A DNA stretch of 64,000 nt from Sarea resinae (lineage: Eukaryota): positions 248,001 through 312,000 of the forward strand of contig JAPEUD010000014.1 in assembly GCA_026026165.1 (NCBI GenBank). The letters are read 5' to 3'. Of this stretch, positions 23,218 to 35,538 are shown piece after piece. Made by a program: the position numbers and the translations under genes. The notes below the pieces were generated by a model. The model saw nothing but the letters and a program-made list of their open reading frames with translations. It made no database searches and was not told the DNA's origin. Numbering within the stretch: the stretch's first letter is position 1; each line of letters starts with the position of its first letter.

Positions 23218-24591
23218 ATGATGTCTCATCTCCGCCCCGATCTCCCCCGCTCCCTCCCGCGAATTCTTCATCCAAGCAGACTCTATTCCTCTTCCCGCCT
23301 CATCCCCGAGTCTCTCGCGGGCAAGAAATGTCTCGTCACCGGCGCATCTCGCGGCATCGGCCTAGCAATCGCCACACGGTTTGCGCGGGAGAGCGCGCGG
23401 TGCGTGCTTGTCGGGCGAGACGAGCGGTCATTGAAGAAGGCGGTCGAGTCATTGGATGCGATTACTGCGGACAAAGGCGGGAGAACGGAGTTGGGGAGGC
23501 ATGAGGTGCGGGTCGGTGATGTGGGAGAGCTGTCATTCTGGGAGGCCATGGGCAAGGAGATGGTAGGCCTTTTTTCGTTTCCAGTTCCAATCTTTCCGGT
23601 TCCATTTTACGTTCTTTGTCACTGGCATCAAGATGCTTCTGTTTTCGTTTATCATGAGCTCTCCTGCAGTTTATCTGGCTCTAAACAGACTTGGCACCCT
23701 TCTCTTAGTTCCTCTCATTCCATTCTCCTAACATTGTTTATTCAACCAGAAAGACATTGACATCCTTATCAACGCCGCCGGTCAAACCCACTACTCCCTC
23801 CTGATGTCCACCCCACCCGCCATCATCGACCAAGTCATCGGCACAAACCTCATGGGCACCATATGGTCCTGCCGCACATTCTCGCGCAGCATGGTGCGGC
23901 GCAAACAAGGTACGCGCCCTAGTTTACCACTCATTTCTCGCTCCCGCGCCCTCCTCCATCTCCGTAAATGCCCATCGAACTCTTCCTCGAATTTACACGT
24001 CTAGTTCTTCTATCACGAGTGATACTGGACTCGAAGCGCGACAAGAGGCTTTCTCGACACTAAAGGGACATGTATGCAGGTTCTATCATCAATATCGCCT
24101 CCCTCCTGGCCCTGCAGGGCGGGCGTGGCTCAGCGGCTTATGCGGCCTCGAAAGCTGGCATACTAGGTTCATGATCCCCACCAGCCAGCCTCACTCTGTT
24201 TTCGAGAAGGATGATGATCGACTGACTGGCTGGCTGTCTCCAACAACAAACAGGCTTGACACGGTCTCTGGCAGCCGAGGTAGGCCCATCAGGAGTTCGC
24301 GTCAACGCCATCGTACCGGGCTATATCGAGACACAGATGACCGAAGGTTACTTTTTCCCTCCGAAGCAGCTCCTTCGTGTGCAATGAAGTCCGTGATGGA
24401 ATTTTTCGCTAATGTACAAGAAAATGAAAATAGGTATGACGAGCACAGCGCGCGCCGGAACAACAGACGCCATACCGCTGAAACGCCTAGGCAAAGCCGA
24501 GGAAGTCGCCGACGCGGCCGTCTTCCTGGCCACAAATGCATATGCCAATAACTGCGTCGTGAACCTTGATGGAGGTCTAAGCGCCGTTTGA
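23218..24591 (+). CDS. Short-chain dehydrogenase/reductase, probably mitochondrial 3-oxoacyl-ACP reductase (Oar1/CBR4-like); 4 introns
   Basis: Arg/Ser-rich presequence-like N-terminus, [24 protein letters not shown] catalytic motif, [20 protein letters not shown] and LDGG. Confidence 0.85.
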
Positions 24592-24761
24592 AAGAAGCCT
24601 CCCCCGCTAACCCAACTGACTGCCTGTCACCTACCTAACTAGGAAGAAAACCAATTCAACTCCGAATCTAGTCATCCAAGCCAGAAAGGGAATTAAAACC
24701 TGGTGCCATCGACAAGGAGAGTGTAAGAATCGACGAAGAGAAGCAAAGAGGATGCAGCCAG

Positions 24762-27132
24762 TCAGTCATCGTCAATGAGAATGGCACCGTCACCAGCATC
24801 ATCTACGAGAATAAGTTCGTCGCTGTCCGTCGTTTTGGCAGGTTCCTCTGCAATCACCCTGCCGCGTTTCTTGACCTGCTCGATGTCGTCGTCAAGTTTG
24901 GCATCATCGGCATCGCGCTTCCTTTTGCCAGAAACTACCCCGTTGACTTCGGGAACTTCCTGTAATGCTCCGTTTGCGGTCGCCTCCTTTACAGCCTCTG
25001 GCTTCCGCGGAATCTCTATTTTGGCCGGGAGGGCAATGGGCTTGATGTTGTCTGGAATGGACCTTTGGCGGAAAATCAGCGAAGGAAACAAAGCAATTTT
25101 GTGTAGGAAAAGGAGAGACATACTGTTCTGAAACCGACAAGACGAGATTGATACGTGTATCATTATCGGCTTCGTCGACTATAGTCAGGAAGCTGTCTTT
25201 CCTAATGCCGAGGTCGGTCAATTTCCTAGGGAGATTCTCGTCCAACTCTGGGTCGTAAAGCGTGCCGGCTTCGCTGTTGACGCTAAATTCTTCGCCGTAT
25301 CCCAGTTGAACGCGGAGTAGGCCCTCCACGAGGTCTTCAAGAGTTGCTCGAGCAGTATCCACGATCAGTCTTGACTGTGCGACTCCACATACAGGACACT
25401 CTGGATTCGGAGGGCGCAGTGGCTCGGCTGAGATGGCTCGTTCCGTGGACTTTGCGAGGAAGATCTGCGGATAGTGTAAGCAGAAGAAAAATTATAGAGT
25501 TGAAGAAATCTTACGTTACGAGCGTTATCGAGATCACCCCGCAGTACTTTGAAGGCCTGCAGGACGCAGAGACCAGCCGTCATGGCGTTCGTGGTTGCAA
25601 TAGCGGGGATGATGTTTCCAGCCATTTCTAGATCAAGTCAGTATTGAGTACGTCTGTATCGCAGGGGAGAGTTTGTACGCTTTATGTCGAATTTCGACCT
25701 CGGCTCAATACCGAACACGATCGAACGAAGATTAGCAGCGGCAGCAACGAATTCGAGTGTGTCCACATCATCTTTATCAAAGGTCAGAATAGCCGGTGCA
25801 TCGCCGTTGGCTACCGTTGCTTGGGCCTTTTGTAGTCGGGAGCTTAGTCGTCGCAGACTGGAGATTTATTAGCAACACATTTGCCAGGACTGCAAGCCTA
25901 AGCGCGGTGTACCTATCGGTGAAAACGGCAAAATTCTCTGCCAGGTCCCAAACATTCTGGTCGTTGAGCGCGGTGGTCGTTGCGTCTAATGCTGATGCGG
26001 ATTCGGAGATACGGTCGTAGTCAAGCGATTTGGGCGGTTTTCGAAACTTCCACATATCCTCCATGCTGCATAACCTCTCAATGTCGTCCCTGAAGACCTT
26101 GTCAAAGACCTTGCGAGAAAAGTCGTCCGAGCCCATAGATCGTCGAATCCGTTTCAACGCTTGTGATTCTTCTCTCAGGTTTTCTATCTCTTTGGCTGTT
26201 TGTCTGTTAGATGAGATGCCTCCAGGTTAACTAACGGAGGCTCACCATTCTCGTTATCTTCTGAATGGTCCAACTCTGGAGCATCATCTTCACTTGTCCC
26301 AAAAATTTCGCTGCTCAAAATTAGATTTGCTTAGCTTGTCAGTGCGGTAGCCTTACGTGAAGAGATAGCTCTTTGCCCAAACGATACAATGTATCGGCTG
26401 ACTGGGTGTGCTTCGAATCGTACAAACGGGAAAGCTCTTCGGCAGCTCCTTAGGAGTGCAATCGTAGCATTCTGTCTTTCCCTAAATATAGTGAGTAACA
26501 GCCCATCCGGCCAAACCTGGTTGCAGCCGCATACCTTCTTAATCACCTGGACCTGGCCCTTGAAGCCTGTCGTGCCACTCTCGATGAGAGGAACCTCGGC
26601 TGCAAGACACATTTTATTGACATGTCGTCGAGCGTCTAGATTGTCCAGTGCATTAAAAATGAGGTCGAACTTTTGGAACCACTCGACATTGAAGCTCGGG
26701 TCCTTGATGTTGGCGTGGTGGGCTTCCAGACGGACATTGGGATTGAATTTGCCAGCGGTCTCTTTTGCGACCTGTGTAATAGAGAGCTGAGCTCAGCTTC
26801 AAATCGTTGGTAGCAAGAAGTGGGACTGTAGGCCTACCAATGCTTTCGACTTCTTGATATGCTCCTGGCGAAAGAGGAACTGGCGATTCAGATTGCTCAG
26901 GTCGATTGTGTCCAGGTCGACGATGTGGACTTCGCCGAAGCCGGTAAGGACGAGGTTCTTGAGTAATTCGCAGCCAATCCCACCGGCTCCAACCATCAAG
27001 ATCCGCGACTGGAATTGGCAAGGTTCAGTCTGAGTTTGGGTGATGACAAGCACGGAAAAGAAGCAAACATACCTGTTTGATGCGTCCATAGAGAGAGCCC
27101 AGGGACTGCTTCGGATACGTTTCGCGGCCCAT
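24762..27132 (-). CDS. UBA2: SUMO-activating enzyme E1 catalytic subunit; 9 introns
   Basis: [38 protein letters not shown], active site [25 protein letters not shown], a basic NLS (KRKR) and a terminal SIM (ILIDDD). Confidence 0.96.
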
Positions 27133-27896
27133 GATGGCTATGTGAGAGGGCAATAGGTCAACTCAGGCGGAGATGAAGAGGGTAGCATCAAGAGATGGGA
27201 AAGCAAAGGATGACAGAGAGAGATATGTGAGATTGGTGAGCGAGACTGGACGGGGCCGTCCAAGTGAGGGTTGCGGCTCAATTGCCGCGAAGCTTCCTCT
27301 ATGCCCTACCACGCAGGATGCCTTTACTCTGTCGCATCCAAGTACGACTTGCAGCGCAGGTAGATTGGACCTCGTGTTACACGCTGAGCATGGGCGGATG
27401 GGAAGTATCGGGGACTACGAGAGGAAGAGAACATGTACCTGAATGCGCGGGTGGCACTCATGTCACTTAGCGGTTCATGACGGGATGGTGAAGACGGCGG
27501 TTGCGTCGTCGGTCAGTGTCATTCCAGAGTCCATCGCGGCGGGACCAGGTGATCAAGGTACTTGAAGATACACGGAGGAGGATGGTAGAGTGCACTACTA
27601 TGGCATGCATGTACACTGGCAGCACGTCCTGGTGTGACAGCCGGAAGACCTGATCGGTCTCTAGCATCTAGATCCGGGCATAAGGCATTTGGATGGATCC
27701 TTCTGCCCTGTGCAAGTGCCCTGTGCAAGTGACAAGGTACGCGTGATGGTTGCTCGCCGGGTAACGGCCAGATGACGTACTGTACCTGAGAACGACGGCA
27801 GCATCAGCCAGCACGCACCTAGCTCGCTCGCTGGAGGTAAACACCATCCGCATCGACCCATCCTCCCCCATTGGAATCCTCCAATCCTCCTCGACC

Positions 27897-29911
27897 ATGG
27901 CAGTCGGCAGCAGAGATGACGCCGCCGACGACGACGAGCAAGCACCCTACCGCTCGACTGCTCGCAAGACCACCTCCTTTCGCGACGATGCCAGCTCCGA
28001 CCACATCAGCCCGAGTACACGTCACACCGACGCCGAGAGCTTCTTGAGTGATGTCGTCGAAGGCATCGTCGCGCGCGATCGCCGGCGCCTGAAGAGAGAA
28101 GTGGTTCGCTACTTGAGCTTTGCGAGCGCCATCCTGAACTGGTGCGAGATCGATGCCCTTGAAGTCGACGCGAACGTCACAAGCTGATGAATGATGTGTC
28201 TCTGTACAGCCTCTGCGCGGGATCCTTTACCGCCTACTCTCTCTATGGCCATCTTTTCCTCACCCGCCTCCGTTACACCCAGCTACAGGTCAACATGGTC
28301 TCCATCGCGGCCGAACTGTCCATGTACCTCCCCGTGCCCATCTTCGGCTATCTCTGCGACCGATACAGTCCCGGCGTGACGTCGTTCCTATCGAGCTTCC
28401 TGTTCGGCCTGGGCTATCTTCTCGCCGCTTTCACCTACCATCATGGCCCTCCACACCCTTCTCCGACTGCGGGCGCCGATGCGGAACGCGGCTGGCCATT
28501 CGGTGTCATGGTGCTGGCCTTTGTCGGCATAGGCATGGGCACTAGCTGTATGTATCTCTCAGCCGTGACGACGTGCGCCAAAAACTTTGGACGTGGGAAG
28601 CACAAGGGCCTGGCTCTAGCTCTACCAATTGCTTCGTTCGGGCTCAGCGGCATGTGGCAGAGCCAGGTGGGGAGCCGACTGCTGTACGAAACCGAGCCGG
28701 ACGGCAGCCGGGGCGACGTCGACGTCTTCCGATTCTTCTTGTTCCTCGCCATCACGCTCTTCGGCGTTGGCATCATTGGCTCCGCCGGGCTCCGAGTCGT
28801 CGACGAAGAAGAGATGATTGACGAAGCCGTCGACGAGCTAGAACGGAGCGGACTGCTGGAGGAAAGCGAATTCTTCCACCGCGCGGCCGTCCAGCGCGGC
28901 TACGGCACTCTGGACGAACGGCGCCTCTCGCAGTCCTCGTCCGAGTCCCTGCTCCGCGAAGCCGAGGACATGAAGCGCCAAGAGGAGGAAGACCGGCGCA
29001 AGAAGACGTGGCTGCTGAACGAAGAGACGCGCCGCTTCCTCGCCGATCGGACCATGTGGTGGTTTGCCGCCGGCTTCTTCCTCGTCACCGGTCCCGGCGA
29101 AGCCTTCATCAACAACCTCGGCACCATCCTCGACACTCTCCAGCCGCCGAACAGCGCCGCCCCGCCCTCCGGCACCACCAGCGCCGCGACGCACGTGTCC
29201 ATCGTCGCCATCACCTCCACTCTAGCTCGCATCATCACAGGCACGCTTTCGGATCTCCTAGCCCCCACGTCCCCAACGCACCACTACCGCTCGCTCACCT
29301 CCTCCTTTGCCTCGCTGCCGCCCCCGCCGCCGCAGGAAACCCCAAGCCCGTTCCGGCCCTTTTCCATCCGGCGCCTCCTCACGACGCGCCCGACGGTATC
29401 ACGCCTGACATTCCTGCTGGCCTCCTCGATGCTGCTCTCGCTGGGCCTCGTGTTCCTGGCCACGGGCCTGGCGCAGAACCACGCGAGCCGGTTCAGCGTC
29501 GTGTCGGCGCTCGTCGGGGCCGGCTACGGCGCCGTCTTCTCGCTCTCGCCCATCGTCGTCAGCGTCGTCTGGGGCATCGAGAACTTCGGCACCAACTGGG
29601 GCGTCGTGGCCATGATGCCCGCCCTGGGCGCCGCCGTGTGGGGCGTCGTCTACTCGGCCGTGTACCAGTGGGCTGCGGCTGCCGCTGCGGGCCACGATGG
29701 CACTCCCGATGGAGACGCTCCCGGTGGAGGGAATGGTGCCGGGGGTGGGGGAAGTGGCGCCGGCAACGCGGCCGAGCGAATGTGCTACGGCACTCTGTGC
29801 TACGCGCCCACGTCCTGGGGCATGGCCGTCAGCGTCTGGCTGGCGTGCGGCCTGTACCTGTGGGCGTGGCGGGGGCCCGGCGGGTGGAAGAGAAGGGGCA
29901 TCGCCGTATGA
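27897..29911 (+). CDS. MCH1: MFS transporter, Mch1/nodulin-like family; intron about 28142-28209
   Basis: LCAGSFTAYSLYG, PIFGYLCDRY, YLSAVTTCAKNF, GPGEAFINNLG and WGIENFGTNWG motifs, with about 12 hydrophobic segments. Confidence 0.88.
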
Positions 29912-30806
29912 AAAACAAATAAGACGGCCGCTTTAGCTTTTTTTTACTCGATTGCCCAAAATCACAAATAAATTTAATGACGCTTCAGTCACGCATGTTC
30001 TTGGGGGGATTGCTCGGTGGCGTTTCCTTTTTTTTTTCTCTTTTCTGTTGCAGCTAGCTACAGGGCCGGCGGGGCGGGGCGGGACGGGGCGGGCTTGATA
30101 GAGGTAGTGCCTTGCGGGTGTTGGGCAGATCATCTTCGCATGTCAGGTTTGGCGTCTTCCGGTTTGCGATTTACGTTTGGCATCCCACAAGGTGCACAAT
30201 ATCCAGACTAAAAGATCCGACTATCATCGACCAAACGGACAAGTATTTCTTGTGTGTATCTATAGTACGAATACCAGATCCCTCCTTCCCTCCCTGTATG
30301 TAGCGCTCCGTGCCTGCCTTGCAAATCTTTCCTTTTCCCCGAGTCTGGCGGAGGGGGGAATGGATCGGACAGCTCAGCTGGGGACCGACGACATCACTTG
30401 TAGATGCTCGCTCACTCACACTCGTAATACTTACTGTGTCGCGGATCCCGGTCGTTCATTGCCCTTTCTTTCACTGCCAAAGGATGGCTGAAGACAGGTG
30501 CGCCGAAAAACGCCAAAAAGGTCAAGAAAAACAAAAAGAGTCGGAGACAGGCCTGAACAAGGCCCCACGACGACACCAAAAGGGAAAAAGGCGAAAGCAA
30601 AAGCAAAAGCAAGAGGGATCAGAAAAAAAAAAAAGAGAGAGAGAGAGAACGCCGTGACAGACTGACCGACCGACTGATTGATCTACAAAGAGACCAATGA
30701 TATCAAAACCGGTCCCGAAAAGACAAACAGAAAAAGAAACAAAATAAATATTTACCCCACCCAGCTCCGATGATGATCCCCGGACCGACGAAAAAAAAAA
30801 AAAGCT

Positions 30807-32870
30807 TCAGACATCGTTCGACGCCGGGTCGACACCCAGAAACATTCTCCAGAGCCGCCGACTCAGCGCCGGGCCGATCCTGGCATCGGTCCTCTTGCCG
30901 TCCTTGTTGGCGACCTTCCTGACATCCTCCAGGGCGGCCTGGCCCCTGGTTTCCAGGACGCGCATCAGCGAGGGCAGATCGGGGTAGTCGGCGGCGATGC
31001 CGTAGGCGATGGGCGCGGTGACGCGGACGATTTCCTGCAGCATCTTGACGTACGTGTCTGGGGCCGAGTCGCCGGTTTTGACTTGGCCGACGTCCATGCA
31101 GAAGGATGTTGTTAGGGTTTGGGCTTGGGTGCTGTGATGGATTAATGTTGGGGTCGTGCTTCGGAAGTAGCTTAAAGAATTGTGTGTGTTGGCTGGAGGA
31201 CGGGGGAATGATAGATGGTAGAAGGGCAGGATAAGAGGAGAGGGGAAAATGAAAGGGATCAGCAAGGGAACCATCAGACTAGCTCACCGGTATGGAATAG
31301 TAGAGATATGCTGCGTAAAATTTGCGATCCACTCTGCCGACTCGATCGGAGCAGCTGTGTGGTAAATGAGACAATTGTGCATGACTTGCAAGCGTAGTAG
31401 GGCACCTTCGATCAGGTCCTCATCCACGTACTCGTGTGGTGCCTGCTTCTTCCGTCGCGGTTTCGCTCGAGGGTTCGCAGGCAGGTCGGTCCCGTCTTCT
31501 GGTGCACCACTTCCCGCAGTGTCCATTTGGTCGATGACGGCGGCTTGGAACGCCCGGTTGCGGACAGTTTTGTTCTTGCGCATCCAGGAGGTTAGACCCT
31601 CGATTACGTAGATGGGGATGCAGTCGTCGTGGGCGGACTTGAGCTTTTGCACATGCGACTCCAGGTCTTGACTACCATTGTCGTCGATGGAGTCACTTGT
31701 GGACATTTCCACGAACTCTTTGGCAGAGACTAGACAGAGGATGTGCCTTTCCTTGCTGATACGCGCAGGAACCGGCTCCCAATGGCCCATATCCTCATTG
31801 AATTCTGCGATGACTTTTCTGCGCCACTTGATGACATTAGATGGAAGACTGCTGTACGTTGCACTTTCGACTTTTAGGTTTTTGAGAAATTCTCGGATTT
31901 GGAGGCAAACGGTCGTTCCCTCCAGCGAATGTGGTAAATCGACGATCATCTCTGGGGTAGAGGTTTTCTTGTCTGTTCGAGACTTGTTCACTTCTGCAAG
32001 AGCGGCAGCCTGTTCCCTTTCCCGGGCTTTTTGTTCTTTCTCCCGCTTCTTTCTCTCCCTTTCTGCCTCTTTTTCCTGCAATTTCCGGGCCTTCTCACGC
32101 TTTCTATCCTCAGCCTCCACCGCCTTTCCTATCTCCGTCTGATGGCTCTTGCTATGTTTTGGCTTTGTGGTGACTGGGGTCCTTTCTCGTCCTGCCTCCT
32201 TAGCTTTTGACTTCCCCCTAGTACCTGTAGTGGTCCGAGAAGCGGAGCGTTCTCTGCTACTATCCCGAGAGGGTTCGTCGCCGAGCTTTGCTAACAGAGC
32301 AGTGGTCCGGTCAGATAGATGCGAAGTTAGCTTTGGCGGAGGATTATGCGTGCTTGTTCGATCTCGCAAAGGCTCGATTTCTTCGAGGTCATCCATAGTA
32401 TTTGAGGACAGCCTACGCCGTCGTGCACTTGGAAAAGCACTTGCAACATTCCCGTCAGGAGAGGAAGTGAATAGGATAGGGTCCGAGAAGTCGAAGCTCT
32501 TCAAATCGAACGCATTGCTCCTAGTACGAGGAGCAATGGGCCTGTCGTTTGACGATCTTCCAAATACTACTGAAGTAGACACCTCTTCCATCAACCTTGG
32601 TGCACTTGCATGATCTTCACTTAGATCATTTGCGTCTTTCTTCCACTTGCGAGGAAGTATCTCAAAATCATCATCCTGCAGCGGAGAAGTGCTCAATTTC
32701 CGTCTTTTTGCCGGTGCTCCGGTCAAGCTTTCGTCCAAGTTGATACTACTGTCGAAGTCATCCGAAAGCAATATGACGCCAGCAATTGCCCTGCTTTTGG
32801 TGCTTGCCTTCAAAGGCGCCGATTTCAATGGCGAGTCCAGAGTAAGGTCAATCAGGTCGGCAGGAGGCAT
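30807..32870 (-). CDS. EME1: Crossover-junction endonuclease non-catalytic subunit (Eme1/Mms4, ERCC4 domain); intron about 31287-31133
   Basis: EVNKSRTDKK.STPEMIVD, IKWRRKV, IYVIEGL, IEGALLRLQ, FTQHISTIPY, FCMDVGQVKTG and RIGPALSRRL. SIM-like LIDLT and VILLSDD at the N-terminus. Confidence 0.88.
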
Positions 32871-33379
32871 TATGTGCTCTAGCAACTTATGACTACAGAG
32901 ACAAGGCTGTTAGAGACTTCGGATGAGCATACCGGTAATGGCCAAGCACTTCATTTGTGCACTCACTCACCTCTCCTAGACGGGTTTTCCCAGTCTCCTC
33001 CAGCCAAGCAATTGCAACTCCAAAGTCCAAGATTTGCCTGCAAGTCGCCGAATCGATCATGGCTGTTCTGGAGCAAAGTATAGCAATCCCAAGTGTGGGA
33101 TTTGAGGCAATATCAACAATTCAAGAAAGGGTAGTCATTGCTTTGCGCAGAGGCTCAGCTGGTGGGGACATGCACAAACAAAACAAGTACAACGACGCAA
33201 GTCAAGTCCGGGGGATTCGCGACATCGCTTACACTTGATCCGCGCTCTCACGTGCGCGACGAAGCATGAGATGGAGTCGCAAATTCCTAATGCGCCAAAG
33301 TAAATGTAAGAATTGCAACTATTAATTCTATGTCATCGGGAATAATCATTGCTCTAACGGGATATCATTCTTTCGACAA

Positions 33380-34917
33380 TCAAGACTTCCACAGCTGCCA
33401 AGCTAATGCAGGAACCAAGGAGCAGCCCAAGGCCGCTAAAGCCCCCAAGACGCCCAGTCCAACCACAAAGATTCCCACATCTGTCGCCCTCAGTGCAGGC
33501 TGCCTGGGGCCCTTCAACATGTCCTGAATATTCTGATCTAACCTCTCGGCCATCTTGCGCTTTGAGAACTCCATCTCCACCCTCTCCTTCCCAGCCTTTC
33601 CAATGCGGTCCAATTCCTCCTTGCTCAGCTTTTGCAAGACAAGCTCCATGACCTCTGTCCATTGGTCTAGTTTTTCAGGTGATCTGAGCCAGCCGGTTTC
33701 GTTTTCGACGACTGTCTCGAGTGGCCCACCCGTATTGGCTGCTAGAACAGGGACACCTGCGATCATGGCTTCCAGTGGCACGATACCAAAGTGTTCGCGC
33801 GACGGCGTGTAGACCAGTAATCTGGCGGCACGTAGAAACATCGTCTTCATGGCTGCAGGTATTGAGAGCAGAAAAAGAACATCGATATCATCGGGCACAC
33901 TCAAGGCTGTGACGGCGTTCTTCATGGTCGCAGATTTGAGTCCTAATGAGCCTGCCAATTCGACTAAGTCGTGGTGATAAAGAACGTTCTCCACAACTCG
34001 ATTATCATATCCACCTTCAAAGATATCAGTAAAATGACAGATGCAATGCTCGGAAGGAAGTGCCATACCCGCAATGACCAATCTCGCCCCTCCCCTCCCC
34101 TTGTTGCTCAAGCCAGCAAATGCACGGATAGCCAGCCCAATGTTCTTTTTCCGCTCATAACGATTGATACTCAACACAAATTTCTTACCTTCCCATAATC
34201 CCCCCTCCGCACCGTTTTGAATCTCCACATTGGTACCCGTGCCTTTCTTCTCGCCATCCTCGTCCGTATCGACACAAGGATAGACAACTTTCAGCTTTCT
34301 GCCCGCCAAGCTCGGAAATACCTCCGCAAAGACCCCCTTGGTGAACTCACTGTTCACAACAATCGTATCGCTCATACTTGTACTCCAAAACTCCAGCCAG
34401 TCGAACGGGACTCGGTAGACATGCTTTAGCCAGTTCTCTCTCTGGGCAAGCAATTGGTCTGGAAAGTGGCCGTAGAAGAGAATGCGCGTGTCCTTTTGGA
34501 AAACCCGCAGCAACGGTATGCAAGCGCTCAGCTGGTCGATAAAGAAGACATCAGGTTTGAGGGTCGCGAGTTCTCCGGAGAGAACGATCTGGAGGACGAG
34601 GTGGACTTGGCGAAGGATGGCGCAGAGGATGGAAAAACGAGCTCCAATTGTGGATGGGACGACGCTATTGCCTCGGACGCGGACATCAAGAGTTCCTGAA
34701 TCTCAATTAGAATCATCCGTATAGAATGCATCCTGGCGAGGTTTTCTTCACCATCTCGAGCTTCGTCGAAGCAATGTTTTGGGTCGCAATGGCTCGTGAA
34801 GATGGTGACTTTGTGCCCGCGTTCTTGCAATCCTACCGCGGCATCGATGACAAGACGCTCAGCGCCACCAATGCCCAAGTCGGGATGGAAGAAGACTATG
34901 TTCGTGGCCCCATCCAT
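33380..34917 (-). CDS. ALG2: Alpha-1,3/1,6-mannosyltransferase (GT4); 2 introns
   Basis: [48 protein letters not shown] and GGPLETV, plus a C-terminal hydrophobic segment. Confidence 0.96.
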
Positions 34918-35538
34918 GCTTCGAGTTTCCAAGCTGTCATCACAGCTGTTGAGCTTCAAGACCTTCTTGGACCTAAGGTGGTAATACAACAGCCCAAGTG
35001 CTCTAGTATACGGCACTTTCCGCAAGTGGACTCGTCGCAAAGGGAATCTCGTCATTGACAACCACCAACACCACCTCCTTTTTGCGACCACATGCTCGGG
35101 AGGGTACTCTACGACACTTAAATGGACATCCATCAGACGATCATATCATATCATACACCATTCACAACAGAAGTCTTTCCTTGACAAGTTTTCAGCTCAT
35201 ATCGAAGAGCAAAAGCGTGCTTTCAATTCATACAAATTATGTCGAGGACGTTCAGCAACACCGATACCTACGTACAAACAAACCCTCTGTGGGGAGGACG
35301 GATGATGCGTCCCAACAAGGGTATAGCGCTGATGTCGCATTGGACGACTTATGTTTTGACAAAGGAAAACCCAAACACCTTTCCAACACCAGGTGGGGGT
35401 GGGGTCTATGTGGCGTGAAATATGAACATTAGAAAAAAAAAAGGAGCGGTTCACGTGAAAAATCGTGCGTAAAAGACATTCAAAGAAAAGAAGGTGATGT
35501 GAGGGACTGAGAGAAGACTAGAAAATCTTTGAGAAAGC

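Noticed and set aside
24690..24764. UBA2 stop TGA-CTG as a possible readthrough site
   Set aside because: Not the TGA-CTA context, and the short extension ends without a targeting signal.
29008..29922. 304-aa alternative-frame ORF overlapping MCH1
   Set aside because: Arg/His/Gly-rich shadow frame expected from the extreme GC3 of the real CDS.
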